From contig NC_057718.1 in the NCBI RefSeq assembly GCF_004010195.1, positions 86,920,139 through 86,984,138 on the forward strand: a stretch of DNA of 64,000 bases. The letters run 5' to 3'. The notes beneath the pieces are model-generated. The model saw only the letters and a list, made by a program, of their open reading frames with translations. It was not told where the DNA came from and did no database searches. Below are positions 27,051-39,914 of the stretch, piece after piece. Position 1 is the stretch's first letter. The number at the start of each line of letters is the position of its first letter. A program made the translations under genes and the position numbers. The stretch is from Chiloscyllium plagiosum. Its lineage: Eukaryota.

Positions 27051-27929
27051 TGAGGGAAGAGGAATGACTGATCTCTGAGAGTAGAGAGCGACTTGGAGTG
27101 GTAACAAGCAATAAAATATTGCAAGGAGAGATTTGAAGCAGTGACTGAGAACTGAGTTTTGGTAGATTAGTTATTCCCCCAAAAATGAAGCACCTCCATG
27201 AATGAGTCACAGGGTGAAATAAAATTTTGGCAAAGTGATAAGTTTGTGGAGGTTAGAGAAAGGAGTTTCAGAGTGGGACTGAATGTTTCCTAAATAATGT
27301 TAGGAAGAAATGAAGAGAGGGAAAATGTTGAAGGGAGTTGCTAGCAATGTGTGCAAAGTCACTTTATATTTTAGGAGAGTGTAATATGAAACTGGAGTGG
27401 GAAAGAGCATTTGAGTGTTGTCCGGGCAGTAGGTTTGGCAATGATCAGGGTAAATAAAGAATGGATATACAAAAAGGGTAAATTAAGTGATCTTTCTAAA
27501 TAGAGTTTCACGATTTCTTCCTAAACATGTGAACTTTCCAAAAGAAGGCTAGGGATTAACAACAATTGACTCTTTCAAATCACTTAGGATCTTTTAATAA
27601 TGTTCTTTGTGCTGGGTGTAAGTGGGTTGAGATGCGAGGGTGGAATAGTTGTTGTTTGGGTGTGTGACAGGCAAGCTGCCAACCTGACTTATCATAGGAA
27701 CAGGAACAAGTGATTCAAATTTTTGAACCTGTTCTGCCATTCAGTTGGATTTTAAATAATCTGTACCTAAACACCATTTAATCTGCCTTTGATAAACCAT
27801 CAGTCTTTTGATTTTAGTTTTGTTTCCAGTTGGCTCACAGCCCTTTGGAAGAATGATAGTGAGAAGAAACACATGTTTATTTAATAATGAATCAATAATA
27901 TAATCAATTACTTAATTACAGCACAATAA

Positions 27930-29680
27930 AGATGGCAGGGCAGTTGATGTAGAATGTGGGAGTTCCTGGGTGCTGGTATGACCTCAGACAATCTGGCATG
28001 CAGTAGGTGTTATGGCTCAATGAGCTATGGCTCACAGTTAGTGAGCTGGAAGCCAAACTACAGACACTGATTTGTCAGGGAGGGCGGGATGTTACCTGGG
28101 CACTTAATTCCAGGACCTTGTCATACCCTGTGGAATAGGGGTGATTGGTCTGATTTGGTCATAGACTAGGTAGAGGAGGGTGTGACAGTAAGTGAAGCAG
28201 GTAATGGGAGCCCAAAGGCAAAAGAGCAGGAGCCTCAGCCTTTGCAGTTGTGCAGGTGATTTCTGGTGTGTTCAGGCCTATTTGGATGAGAGTGAGGGTT
28301 GCAGTGGATGTGCGAACTGACCAAGGCATTCAGGTGGAGCTAGTGAAAAAGAATGGTATGGTAGCTAGGGAATGTGTAGTGAGGGGTGGATTGACACTCT
28401 ACTTTGCAGAGAATCCAGAACTCCTTGTCGCCCATCTGGTGCCAGGGTTCAGGAGATCTGCACAGGGTTGAGAGGAATTTACGTGGAAGGTGGAGGACCA
28501 GTCATCAAGATCTGCGTAAGCATCCATGCCATAGACAGGTGAGGAAAGAGGTTCTGCAGAGTCCGTACAAGAGCACAGCATCAAATTAAACAAAACAAAC
28601 CTCAAAGGTAATAATTTCAGGATTGGTACCTGAGCCGCATGTAAATTTGTGTGGGTTAATTAAGATGAAGAAATTCATGTGTGATCCAAAGACTAGTGCA
28701 GAAGAGGTGCATTCAGGTATATGAGGCACTAGTATCAGTATTGGGGAAGATGGAGGCTATATTGTTGGAATAGTCTATGCCTGTGTTGTGCTGAGGCAAG
28801 TGAACCCCTTAACTTGGGGCATAGAGAGGGTTTAAAACTAAATTCTGGGGATAAGGATTCAAATTTGAGACGATGTAAATCAAAGAGTAGAGACTGGACA
28901 TGGAAAAAGGTATTAATAAGGGCAATTAGAAACAGACTGTGACCGGAAGGGATGAAGAGTAAATATAACTCTGAGTAAAACAACAGATAAATCTAGTGGT
29001 TACAAAACTAATCAAAGGATCAAACTAAAAGGCTATGCATCTGATTGCATGGAGCATTCATTACAAATGGATTTTCTGATAGTGCATTTATAAATAAAAA
29101 AATGCCATCTGATTGCAGAAACATAACTACTGGGATGACATGGATTGGATCTTGAATATTGAAGGGTACATGGCATTCAAGAAAGACAGGAAACTAATTA
29201 AAGCTATTCGTAGATGGTGACACTAGAATAGAATAAAATAATCTTTATTGTCATGTGCACTCGAATGAGTGCAGTGAAAACTTTATAATGATGCTGCTTT
29301 GGTGCTATCTTAGGTTCTGGATACCTAGGTACAGGTACTTTAAGTGTTTGTTATAGAATTGAAGGAGTAAAAAAAATAGTTTAGCATAGGAATACAAAGT
29401 TCTGAAAAGTACTTTTCTTACTCAAGGTTCAGAGTAAGAATAAAATATTTTTTAAAAGTACTCAAATTATAGTCCATTAGTACAAAAGAGAGAGAGATTA
29501 CCTAAGTTTTGGAAACCAGAATGCAACAATGGTTTGGGTAGAGATGAGACGTCACTTGGGGGGAGTAGTATACAGACCCCCTAATAGTAACCTTGTGGTA
29601 AGATGGAGTATACAGGAAAAAATAATGCAAGCTTGTCAAAAAGATACAGTGATAAAAAAGATACGGGGGATTATGTTAAG
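27930..29680 (+). mobile_element. Old CR1 LINE 5' portion (ORF1 zinc-finger/coiled-coil/esterase remnants and start of ORF2)
   Basis: atggcagggcagttgatg...MWEF...ACSRC..LNELWLTVSELEAKLQTL-like remnants, then endonuclease-like sequence (gtagtatacagaccccctaatagt = VVYRPPNS). Confidence 0.65.
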
Positions 29681-30279
29681 TGATTTTGCATGAGGGTTGG
29701 CCAGGCCACTGGGGAGAACTGATTTTATGGCCCAGAGATATGAGTGTGGTCCATCAAGCCATATCTAACAAGTGGACCTGTTTGTGAGATCCTGCAAGTT
29801 AAATTATGTGGAAAGGTTGCTTAACCTTGGCTTGTATTTCATCAAATGGTGCCTGCTAAAATAGGGCTGCCTTCCCAGAATTCTTTTCATTTTGTAGGCA
29901 AAATAAGGCTAGCAGCGACAAAAATAATCAAAAACAAAACTGAAGGCCACATATTTAATTGAATGAATCATTCAATGCAAATTGATGTTCTGATAGTGCA
30001 AATACAAATAAATGTGGTTATAATGATATAAGGATGACCGAGTTTGATTCATATTTGGGAGAAAATGCCTAATTCATTAGATTGGGCACCTCTTTAAGTT
30101 GTTGGTGGAGGGGGTTTGATGATATAGAGAATGCAATGGTTTTTAAAGGATGGACAGAGGAATAAAATCGGGGGAAGAATTCTCATTGACTAACTGTTGA
30201 ACTTGATGACGCATACTCTTGTCTCTGGGCGAGACAGCAAGTTCGCCCCAGTGGCTTAGTAAATTGTCAAGCAACATCA

Positions 30280-30450
30280 CTTTTAACAATAGGTTTATCT
30301 GGGCATATTACATTGCTGTTTATGGAATCATGCCAAGTGCAAATTGGTTGTTTCTTTTCATGTGTTGCAATCATATCTACACTTTTAAACTACTTCATTG
30401 AGTGTGGAGAGGTTATGCAATGTGCCATTTGAACACAGGATTCTTTTTAA
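30280..30450 (+). mobile_element. Deu-domain SINE 3' fragment just upstream of RAB32 exon 3
   Basis: ttatctgggcatattacattgctgtttatggaatcatgccaagtgcaaattggttg...tacttcattg matches the Deu-SINE 3' half. Confidence 0.6.
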
Positions 30451-30524
30451 TCTTTCTTACATGTTCATACTATTGCAATGTTTACTTGTAATAACTTAAT
30501 ATTTATTTTTCCTGATGCTTGCAG

Positions 30525-30674
30525 GAGAACATAAACATTGATGAAGCAACACGGTTTCTGGTGAAGAATATTCTGGACAGTGACTTCATCTATCTAACTG
30601 AGAATACTGATGCAGATAATATAAAACTAACAGATGAATCTGAAGAGGTTGATAAAAAGGCACAATGCTGCTAA
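30525..30674 (+). CDS. RAB32: RAB32 coding exon 3 with stop codon
   Basis: Acceptor cttgcag|. Encodes ENINIDEATRFLVKNILDSDFIYLTENTDADNIKLTDESEEVDKKAQCC-TAA. The terminal QCC prenylation motif matches RAB32 rather than RAB38. The spliced ORF is 651 nt (216 aa). Confidence 0.95.
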   Translation, partial: ENINIDEATRFLVKNILDSDFIYLTENTDADNIKLTDESEEVDKKAQCC

Positions 30675-31003
30675 CATTTTGCCCCTCTCCCATTAACACT
30701 TCTTTTTATAAGCTTTGGAGACCACAATCCCTGGATGATCTTTTCTATGTCCAAAAGGATGACTGCTCAATGAGATTAATATACCTTCAGCTAATCATTA
30801 TTTAAACGGAAATGTTCCTCTTAGTTTTAATTAGGAATGGAATGGAGAGAAAAATACTTTGTCTTTTTCATGTCATGGTTTCTGTAACCTTTTTGAAATA
30901 ACATTATAACAGTTGTTTAGTCTGTTTAATTTTTATAGACTATCTCACTTTGCCTCAGTGTTTTCTTACATTGGTCTATAACAACAAGAATTGTGTTACA
31001 TCT

Positions 31004-31009
31004 ATTAAA
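31004..31009 (+). promoter_or_regulatory. Candidate RAB32 polyadenylation signal (ATTAAA)
   Basis: ATTAAA about 330 nt after the stop codon, followed by GT/T-rich sequence. No transcript evidence. Confidence 0.3.
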
Positions 31010-32584
31010 AGATTTTGTTTGCTGGTATGACATTTTACCCGTATGTCAGTCTATGGATTGTTTGAAATCTGTGTGCATTGTAAATTGGGTAAGGTATTTC
31101 AAAAGGTGTCTCTTGTAAATTCTGCTGTTGAGTTTAGTTTATCCATTTTAAGTGGACACAGTGACCACAGAATGGCATTGCAGTATCACAGCAAAGCAGC
31201 AGCACCATAGGCCCATCCGGCTTTATGGAATGGCTGGGGTCCACCAAGCCCAGAATGTAACAGATAGTAACCCCATTAAATTCTGAAGCTGTTTGTCTCC
31301 AAACTTCGTAACTCCTCCTTTCTCACAGAACGAGGGATCATTCACTCAAAAGTCCACTTCAAATAGATCACATCTTCTTTGGTAATTATAGAATGCTGGT
31401 GACACCCACATCCCAAGAATGAAGTTGATTCGTTTTTAAAAGGATTTATTCATCCAAGTGGTATATTTGGAACTAATATGAAACTGACCAGGACACCCTG
31501 AATCCAATTACAACCATCAGTTCCTGATACCTTGCTTGATGGTACACTCCAGTGTGATATTGTCTCTGTATTTTATTGACTGACCTTGCTCTGCTGACTG
31601 ACCATCACCCGAGCATCTCCACCCATGCTGCCAACTAACATCACACAAGGAGCTGGAGATCCACTTTTCAACTCGCGTGGACGTCGCACTGGGTGCTACA
31701 TCTTCCAGTGTTGGAGTTTTCTTTCACAGCACAGTGCGAGCATGATTTACAACAGGGTATTTGGCAACAAGATGTCAAGCATCAATATATAACTAACCAT
31801 GATATCCCAAATCTGACCATGGTGATGATGTAGGGAAGTTAAAGTGAGGAATATTTGTCATGATTAGTGGTAAGTGGCTTGGCCGTGTTTAATTATGTTA
31901 GGGACTTGAAATGTTGACCAGAGTTTATATGGACATCAATATACATGTTAAGTCTTTAGTACTAATGTGTTAGAAAGATAGGTTTCAGATAAGTCAGTAG
32001 GATCCAATTATTTCTCTACATCATGCCACCAGCCCTTCCAAGCGGAGGGACACAAAGATCCAGAGAGAAATGCACAGGGTGAAGCACAAAGCACAAGGGG
32101 ACAGAAGGAGAAGGCTCAGATATTGGGAGGATGGCCAGTGAATATCAACCTTGGTTGGGAGATCTCTGGATTGAGGTGTTTCCCTTAGATGCATTGTTTA
32201 ATGGATACTATTCCATTCAATGCAGCTGCCTTATGACAGGATCTCAGACAAATTAAACTGTTGTTTGATCCACAAGAGCAATAGTGTATCTAAAAGGGTT
32301 ATTTTACTGAGGAAGCACTTTCAATAATGGGCTTGTATTCATATAGTGCCTTGAACATAGTAAAACATCAGAACGGTCTTTCATAAGTGTTATTGGACAC
32401 AATTTACCGATAAGCCACATATGGCTATATGAGTACAACAGACTAAACCCTTGACCAAAGCAGTAAATTTTAAGAAGCATCCTAAACAAGGGAAGTATTG
32501 AGGGTATGGCATTAATGATGCAGGCCAATGAACATTGCTCTTCAATATTTATCTTGAGATCATGCAAGATGAATTGTTGAACAA

Positions 32585-34380
32585 AGACAGAAATTGCTGG
32601 AAAATCTCAGCAGATCTGGCAGCATCTGTGGAGAGAAATCAGAGTGAACATTTTGTGTCCAGTGACCCTTCTTCAGAACTGATGGTAGCTAGAAAAAATG
32701 TTTTTTTATGCAAAACATAGAATGGGGGCAAGGACCAGAAGTAAACGACAGCACCCAAAGAGAGAGACAAACAGTTGGACAGACAAGGGTGTGGATAAAG
32801 ACCAGGCCTGGGAGAATGAGCAGCTGCTAATTGGGACTACTAGTAGTTGACAATGGGCTATGTGTGGTAGCAGCTCATATGATGACAAGGCCTGGTGTGT
32901 GAGGGTGGGGTAAAGCATGGGGAAAGGAGCTCAAACCCAAAAATTATTGAACTCGGTGTTAAGTCCAGAAGACTATAGAGTTACCAAGTGAAAAATGAGG
33001 TGATGTTCTACCAGCTTGTGCTGAACTTTGCTGCAGAACAGCATGCCTGAGACAGAGATGTTGGCCAGAGAACACGGTGGTGTGTTGAAGTGGCAAGCAA
33101 CTAGAAGTTGAGCTTTTTGGTGGACAGAATGTAGATGTTTTGCAAAGCAGTCACCCAGTCTGTGCTTCATCTCCCCATCGCTGTTTTCATTTCTGGGGAT
33201 AGGCTGGCCACCAATGTCCTCTACAAACACACCGACCCCCACAGTTACTTTGACTGTACATCCTCACACCCTGCTTCCTGTAAAGACTCTATTACATTCC
33301 CCCAGTCCCTGTGTCTCTGTCACATCTGTTCTGAAGATGCCAATTTTTACAAGAGGGCCTTTGAAATGTCTACCTTCTTCCATGACTGAGGATTCCTCAG
33401 CACGGTAGTTGCCAGGACGCTCAATCTTGGCCCCCGGTTCCTCTCTTCCTTCCATAACAATGATAGCTCCATGTCCTCAACCATTATCCCACTAGCATCC
33501 ACATCCAGCGGATCATTAGCTGCAATTTCTGCCACCTCCAGCAGGATACCATCACCAAACATACAAACCCCTCACTTCCCTTGTCAGCCTTCCACAGGAG
33601 CCGTTCTTGCTCTAATACCCTAGTCCACTCCTCCTTCACTCCCAACACATTCCCCATGGCACCTTCCCCTGCAATCGCACAAGGTGTAACACCTGCCCAT
33701 TTACTTCCTCCCTCCTCACTATTCAAGGCCTCAAACACACCTTCCAGTGAAGCAGCGCTTTATCTGCACTTCACTCACAATGTGGTCTCCTCTACATTGA
33801 GGAAACAAAGCAGATCGCTCTGCAGAACGTCTACGTTCTGTCTGCAAAAAAGCCCGTTAGCTTCCAGTTGCTTGCCACTTAAAAACACCAATTTGTTCCC
33901 TGGCCAACATCCCTGTCTCAGGCTTGCTGCGGTGCTCCAGTGAAGTTCAACGCAAGCTGAAAGATCAGCACCTCATTTCCACTTCAGAACCCTGCACCCT
34001 TCTAGACTTAGCATCAAATTCAAAAATTTTAGGGCTTGAGCATCTTTCCCCACTCTTTCCCTCATCTCCACATACTGGGCCTGGTCATCAACACTGGTTG
34101 CTACCATACAGAACCACTGTCTCCATAGCAGTTATTCATTCTCCTAGGCCTGGTGTCTGTCCACTTCTTTGTCTGTCCAAATGTTTTTCTCTCTCTTGGA
34201 GCTCTATCTCCATCTACTCCTCCCCCCGATGAACTGCATTTCATCAGTTCTGAAAAAGGGTCACTGGGCTCAAAATGTTGACTCTGATTCCTCTCCACAG
34301 ATGCTGCCAGACCTGCTGGGAATTTCCAGCAATTTCTGTTTCTCTTTCAGATTTCAAGCATCCACAGTTTTTTTGGTTTT
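32585..34380 (+). mobile_element. Neptune-like PLE: inverted 5' segment plus RT thumb/GIY-YIG remnant plus pseudo-LTR
   Basis: Minus-strand pLTR/EN at 32585-33180, then plus-strand LYKHTDPHSYFDCTSSHPASCKDSI...ICSED. TSD atgaattgttg(a/g)acaa at 32569-32584 and 34381-34396. Confidence 0.85.
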
Positions 34381-34627
34381 ATGAATTGTTGGACAAGCAG
34401 AATGATAACACAAGAGGCGGTGGAGGGTTGTGAGCAAAGGTGCAAAGTTAGAACTGGATGGAACTTGACCATATTTTTGGATGGTGTTGGCAGGAACCTA
34501 TATGTAGGTAAGAATGAGAAACATAGAACTTCAGGAGACATTGTTGCATCTGTAATGCAAAATTATTTGCTTAACAGCTGCTACTATCAGAGAAGGACAA
34601 TTTCATATGCAACAAGTTCTTTTAGAT

Positions 34628-34760
34628 AAAAGCAAATTACTGTGGATGCTGGAATCTGAAACCAAAAGAGAAAATGCTGGAAAATCTCAGCAGGTCTGGC
34701 AGCAGCTGTAAAGAGAGAAAAGAGCTGACGTTTCGAGTCTAACTGACCCTTTGTCAAAGT
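34628..34760 (-). mobile_element. Mini-PLE pseudo-LTR
   Basis: The reverse complement contains ttgacaaagggtcagttagactcGAAACGTC (decayed hammerhead) and the shared gctgccagacctgctgag terminus. Confidence 0.7.
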
Positions 34761-35893
34761 TTGTAGATGTTGCAAATATTGATTGCAATCCTTCCATGTA
34801 CACATTATTCCCTGTGGCTTGAACATGATTTCCCCAATTCATTTGGGTTTTCAACTTGTACAATCAGCTTAAAGTGTTGTAATCAAATGCTGAGGAGGAT
34901 GATATCTGATGAATTGTGTGGTTTACTGTCATACGTTTTTCAATTCTTGTAAACTATTGGTAAGCTGTTGTCTGCATTAGAGAGTTGATGGATCTCACAT
35001 TAGTTCAACGTAGATATGAGATCAGTGTAGTCCTGTCAAATGAGAGTGCTCCTTGTTTAAACATTCAAAAAGGCAATAGAATGCTTAGTTAGGTTGTTAA
35101 GATGGTGGTAAAAATGGACTCCACTTTTCAACTTGCATCATCTGATTTTAATAACAGAGATGTTACATTGATTAAATTGGTTTTAAAAAGAACAATAACT
35201 TAAGGTGGCTACATTGATCACCTGACCAGGTTGAGACAAGTTCATTAAACCGTCATTAAGCAAAACCCAGCATTAATATGTCATGAAATTGGCTAAAACT
35301 AGTCTCTCAGATCTGTACCTCCTGTTTGATTTATACCTTCTCAATAGTTTCACAGTGGGATGTAAACTCTCCTGCACTTGATAAAAAGAATGAAGTGAGA
35401 CAGCACTGAGTTGAATGATCAGCTTTGATCATATTGATGGGATAAATATTCATATACTCCTATTTTGTCTTTTACCACCGAGCAGAACAAAGGGAGAAAA
35501 CACATGAAACATTGCCACCTTAAAGATCGCCTTCAAGTCCGTCCTAATTTGGAAATATATAACTGTTCCTTCATTTTTGCTGGATCACAATGGTGGATCT
35601 CCCTGCTAAAAGCACTGTGAGTGCACTTTCCCAGTATGGAGGTAGTGGGACCAGAAAGTAACTAAATCACCTTGTCCAGGACAAATAAAGACAAGGAACA
35701 AATGCTGAATTTTCTAGTGATGACCATATTCTGAGAATGAATATTGTATTTAAGGAAAAGTGACACTGATAGCTTTCTAATTTAAGAAGGAAATTCTTGA
35801 ATCAAGAGCGTTTGGGAAGATCATGACACATCAATAGTTTCCTCATTTCTTTAAACACAATTGAACCCTTGGCATTTGTCTATCATTAACCTT

Positions 35894-36641
35894 GTTGTTG
35901 TGGTTCTGTTCGCCGAGCTGGGAATTTGTGTTGCAGACGTTTCGTCCCCTGTCTAGGTGATATCCTCAGTGCTTGGGAGCCTCCTGTGAAGTGCTTCTGT
36001 GATCTTTCCTCCGGCATTTGTAGTGGTTTGAATCTGCCGCTTCCGGTTGTCAGTTCCAGCTGTCCGCTGCAGTGGCCGGTATATTGGGTCCAGGTCGATG
36101 TGCTTATTGATTGAATCTGTGGATGAGTGCCATGCCTCTAGAATTCCCTGTCTGTTCTCTGTTTGGCTTGTCCTATAATAGTAGTGTTGTCCCAGTCGAA
36201 TTCATGTTGCTTGTCATCTGCGTGTGTGGCTACTAAGGATAGCTGGTCGTGTCGTTTCGTGGCTAGTTGGTGTTCATGGATGTGGATCGTTAGCTGTCTT
36301 CCTGGGACAACAGTACTATTATAGGACAAGCCAAACAGAGAACAGCCAGAGAATTCCTAGAGGCATGGCACTCATCCACAGATTCAATCAATAAGCACAT
36401 CGACCTGGACCCAATATACCGGCCACTGGAATGGACTCCTGGAACTGACAACCGGAAGTGGCAGATTCAAACCACTACAAATGCCGGAGGAAAGATCACA
36501 GAAGCACTTCACAGGAGGCTCCCAAGCACTGAGGATGTCACCTAGACAGGGGACGAAACATCTGCAACACAAATTCCCAGCTCGGCGAACAGAACCACAA
36601 CAACGAGCACCCGAGCTACAAATCTTCTCACAAACTTTGAA
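35894..36641. mobile_element. Young fold-back Penelope-like element
   Basis: About 300-bp near-identical inverted arms. GIY-YIG C-terminus RQLTIHIHEHQLATKRHDQLSLVATH...EAWH...INKHIDLDPIY. 13-bp TSD tatcattaacctt at 35881-35893 and 36642-36654. Confidence 0.92.
35933..35972 (-). ncRNA. Minimal type I hammerhead ribozyme motif (PLE-associated)
   Basis: GCA-CUGAGGA-uaucaccuagacaggggac-GAAACGUC-UGC: intact core, 3-bp stem I and palindromic ACGU stem III. The mirror copy at 36526-36565(+) has GAAACAUC. Confidence 0.75.
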
Positions 36642-38399
36642 TATCATTAACCTTATTAAATTCTCACTTTGTTTGATTTGCTTCTGTTGAATTTAGGTAG
36701 CTCCCCCTCCCCTCTGTCTTTGATGTTTCCTTTTGTGAATGTTTTGCTACATGAAAGATTCTACTGAAGTTCAAGTTGCTGTTGTAATTCACTGATACAC
36801 CTTCAAGTTATGAAATCAAAGAGGAACTATCCAAAATTTTATCCCTAATTGCTTTAAGACTTTAAAATAAAAACTAAATACTTTTTCCAGGAAATGAGGT
36901 AAAAATGAAAAGATCATTAAAAGTAACACTGGTTAATGAGGCTATTAAAAAAAAATCCAAAGTTGGGTTCAATTCTAGAAGGATAGAGGTAACCAAAGCA
37001 GGGAAGTTTTGTTAAAGTTGTATGGACCCTTGGTCAGACCATATATCAAGCATTGTCCAGATTGCCATAGAATGAAACTACTATAAAGGCTAAAACAATT
37101 AGAAGGATGATGTTAGAATTGAAAAATTGGAACTCTCAGGACAAGACTGAATAAGCAGAGGCAGTTTCTTTAAAGAAAGAGAAAGCGGAGTGTGACTGAA
37201 CAGACATTCTTGAGATAATTACAGGTACACAAAATGTGTTGGAGGACCAAAACTAGAATTCATAAACATAAGATGGTCACTTATAAATCAAATATGGAAT
37301 TTTGGAGAAACATATTTATCCAAAGAGCAATCTTTCGAGTGTAGATTGAACTGAATGTGAAGCTCAGTGAGCAAAGAAATATTAATCTAATCTCTTTCTG
37401 AAGATCTAGTTTTGCCTCTTTTTACCATTTAACTAAAATTTACTAAGTTTTTTTGAGTCTTGGACAGGAACAAACAAGTTCCACTGGAGAGCAGCTGTAA
37501 TTAGTTAATTAATTTATTCTGGTATTATGTATCTGTGACAGAACTGACTATGAGTTTAAGGTAGTTTAAATATAGATGTCTGGGAGTAGCTTACAAATGA
37601 AACATGGCTTGAACTAAGGGAGAAGATAGGATTTTAGTGGACGAGAGAATTGGAAAAGAATTCTACCTCCATGTTCTTGTTGTCATTCCCTGATGACCCC
37701 ATCATTACTGAGCTTCCACATGTTCCCAACCTTGTCTTTGAATGACAACTTCATCTCCCAACATTACTCCCTGCCACAGACCTACAATCTCATCATGTCA
37801 ACCATCGTGTTGTACAATTTGATGTCAAGGTGATTGTGAGCATCGATGAAATCCCTTTCCACAGTCACCCAATACAATAACATCTCTTCCCCCACACTTC
37901 ACAGTTTCCCCTCTGCATTCCAGCATGCTGCCTTCAATTCCCCAACTGACTTTCCCAATTTCTCTACCACAGTAGTGTCCCTAGTAAACCCCACCTCCAC
38001 ACACATCCTATTGAGTTGACCCCAAGATTAACCATGGTCCACCACTCTTGACTCATTGACAAACAGCCCCAACCGATGAATGGCCAGATCTCCGATGATA
38101 TCAGTGCAATTCTTCAACTGAATTACAGAATTCCTCAGAATGGTTGCAATGAACTGGCAGGACTGACTGGGGCCTACTTCCTGGATATAGTGACCTTTGG
38201 CACCTCAAGTGGTTGAATGGCCATGACCAAGTCCCTGGATTGATATTAGAGGCTTCCTTTTACTTACTTTGCTGAGGCTCCTGACTGAAGGCAGTCTCCC
38301 TTGGCCTGACTAAGGATTACTCCCCCCACACTTTGAGCCATATCTATTTCATTCTGGCACATGCAACATGTCTGATGTGTCAGCTGCTGGCATATAGTG

Positions 38400-39240
38400 T
38401 AGGTTGGAAATTGATACAGTTTGGTCACATACAGCCTTTGACTAATAACTGCCGACAACCATGACAAGGTGCCTGATTTTGTGTCTCCACTGAAAGGTAA
38501 GTCAAGACTGAAATATTCTGAGCCTTTAAGCTCTGGGTGAGGGAACAAAATTAAAAAAGGCACATTAGAGATGCTATGCGGATCCAAGATGGTGCAAGTG
38601 AGTAAGCACTAAGGGAACAAATTGAAAGAGAGTTACATCCTGATTGAATCCATGAGATGGATGTCCATCTCTGTGAGCAGTCTCCTGATAGAAGCATCAT
38701 AATGGCAGATGCACTCCAGCATACAGTATTGAAGTGCAGATCGAAGTGGTTTGCAATTGGGATAGAGATGTGCCATGAGGGTGCATTGAGGGTAGTACAT
38801 GTTTGATGTCAAACTCTCTGGATGGGGCGATGTCAACAGTCTTTGCACATGGAGCCTGTGATGTCAGTGATTGCGACGGAAGATGGAGGACTGGGGAAGT
38901 AAGCAGCAAGCTACAATTGTCTGGTATCTGCTCTGATCTTCTTCATGTCTCGGGTAGTCACTGTTCAGTATCTATCCTTTGGGTGGGAGAATGGAAAAAC
39001 GCATATCAGTAAGGTGAATTTTGGTAATAATGGCATGCAAATGGATGGAAACAGGTCTCATGCTCTCACTAACAAGATTCTTGTTTCACCATTCAAAACT
39101 TTGTTGGAAAATCAGATTTTCTCCCATCGATGTCAAGTATGCAAATCTTGTCTTATATTTTCCCAACTGGCTTCCCAATGCCCTCATTGAGTGGAATCTT
39201 CCCTGATCTTGAACAATGTATTGTCTGGACTCCCTCCAAA
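38400..39240 (-). mobile_element. Old RTE-like LINE RT fragment
   Basis: Highly degenerate RT C-terminal remnants on the minus strand. The assignment is tentative. Confidence 0.4.
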
Positions 39241-39914
39241 ACGAAGATGATTAGCTAGCTTATTGTAAAAAAAACATTGTTACAATTCTAAGTTGCAATT
39301 TTTGTTAGTACACTTTTTAATGTGGAAATTGTTTGTTGAAATTCATAGTGAAAATCCATTGGTCAACATTCAGAATAGCATGTTGAACTAGAATTTTTGC
39401 CAGTTCTTTTTATGTCTTTTGTGGTTTGCTGATGATTCAATGTGATTCCTCAAAACGTTTTGGAAAAAAATTAGAAATTTTGCAATAACAGAAAAATTCA
39501 AAATGTTACACACTTCACAGAATGCTTACAACAACCCACTGATCTGTCTGTTCATATCTTCACAAAGTATTTTTTTTCAGGCAAGCTAAATCTTTGAAGT
39601 AATCTGTATTGGAATTATTTCCCCACAAAAACCAAACCGATGTTTGATTCAGACTGGGCAATTCTGAGAACGTGCAAATTGGAGAAATTTCGTGGGTTTT
39701 GATTTTTTGTCAGAAAGTTCTGCTTCCTTCATTTGTTGAGGAATTGAGAATTACAGAACTAAATTTGACTGAAAAGGAAAAGGGAGGTGGGGGGTGGGGG
39801 TGAAGTTCCATTGTTGGGGTTTAATTGAGTCACATAGCGTCTCAGATGGGTGATTGCATATGCTGAGGGAATTTGTAACTGGTTAACATTTGGCAGATGC
39901 CAAATACCAGATAG

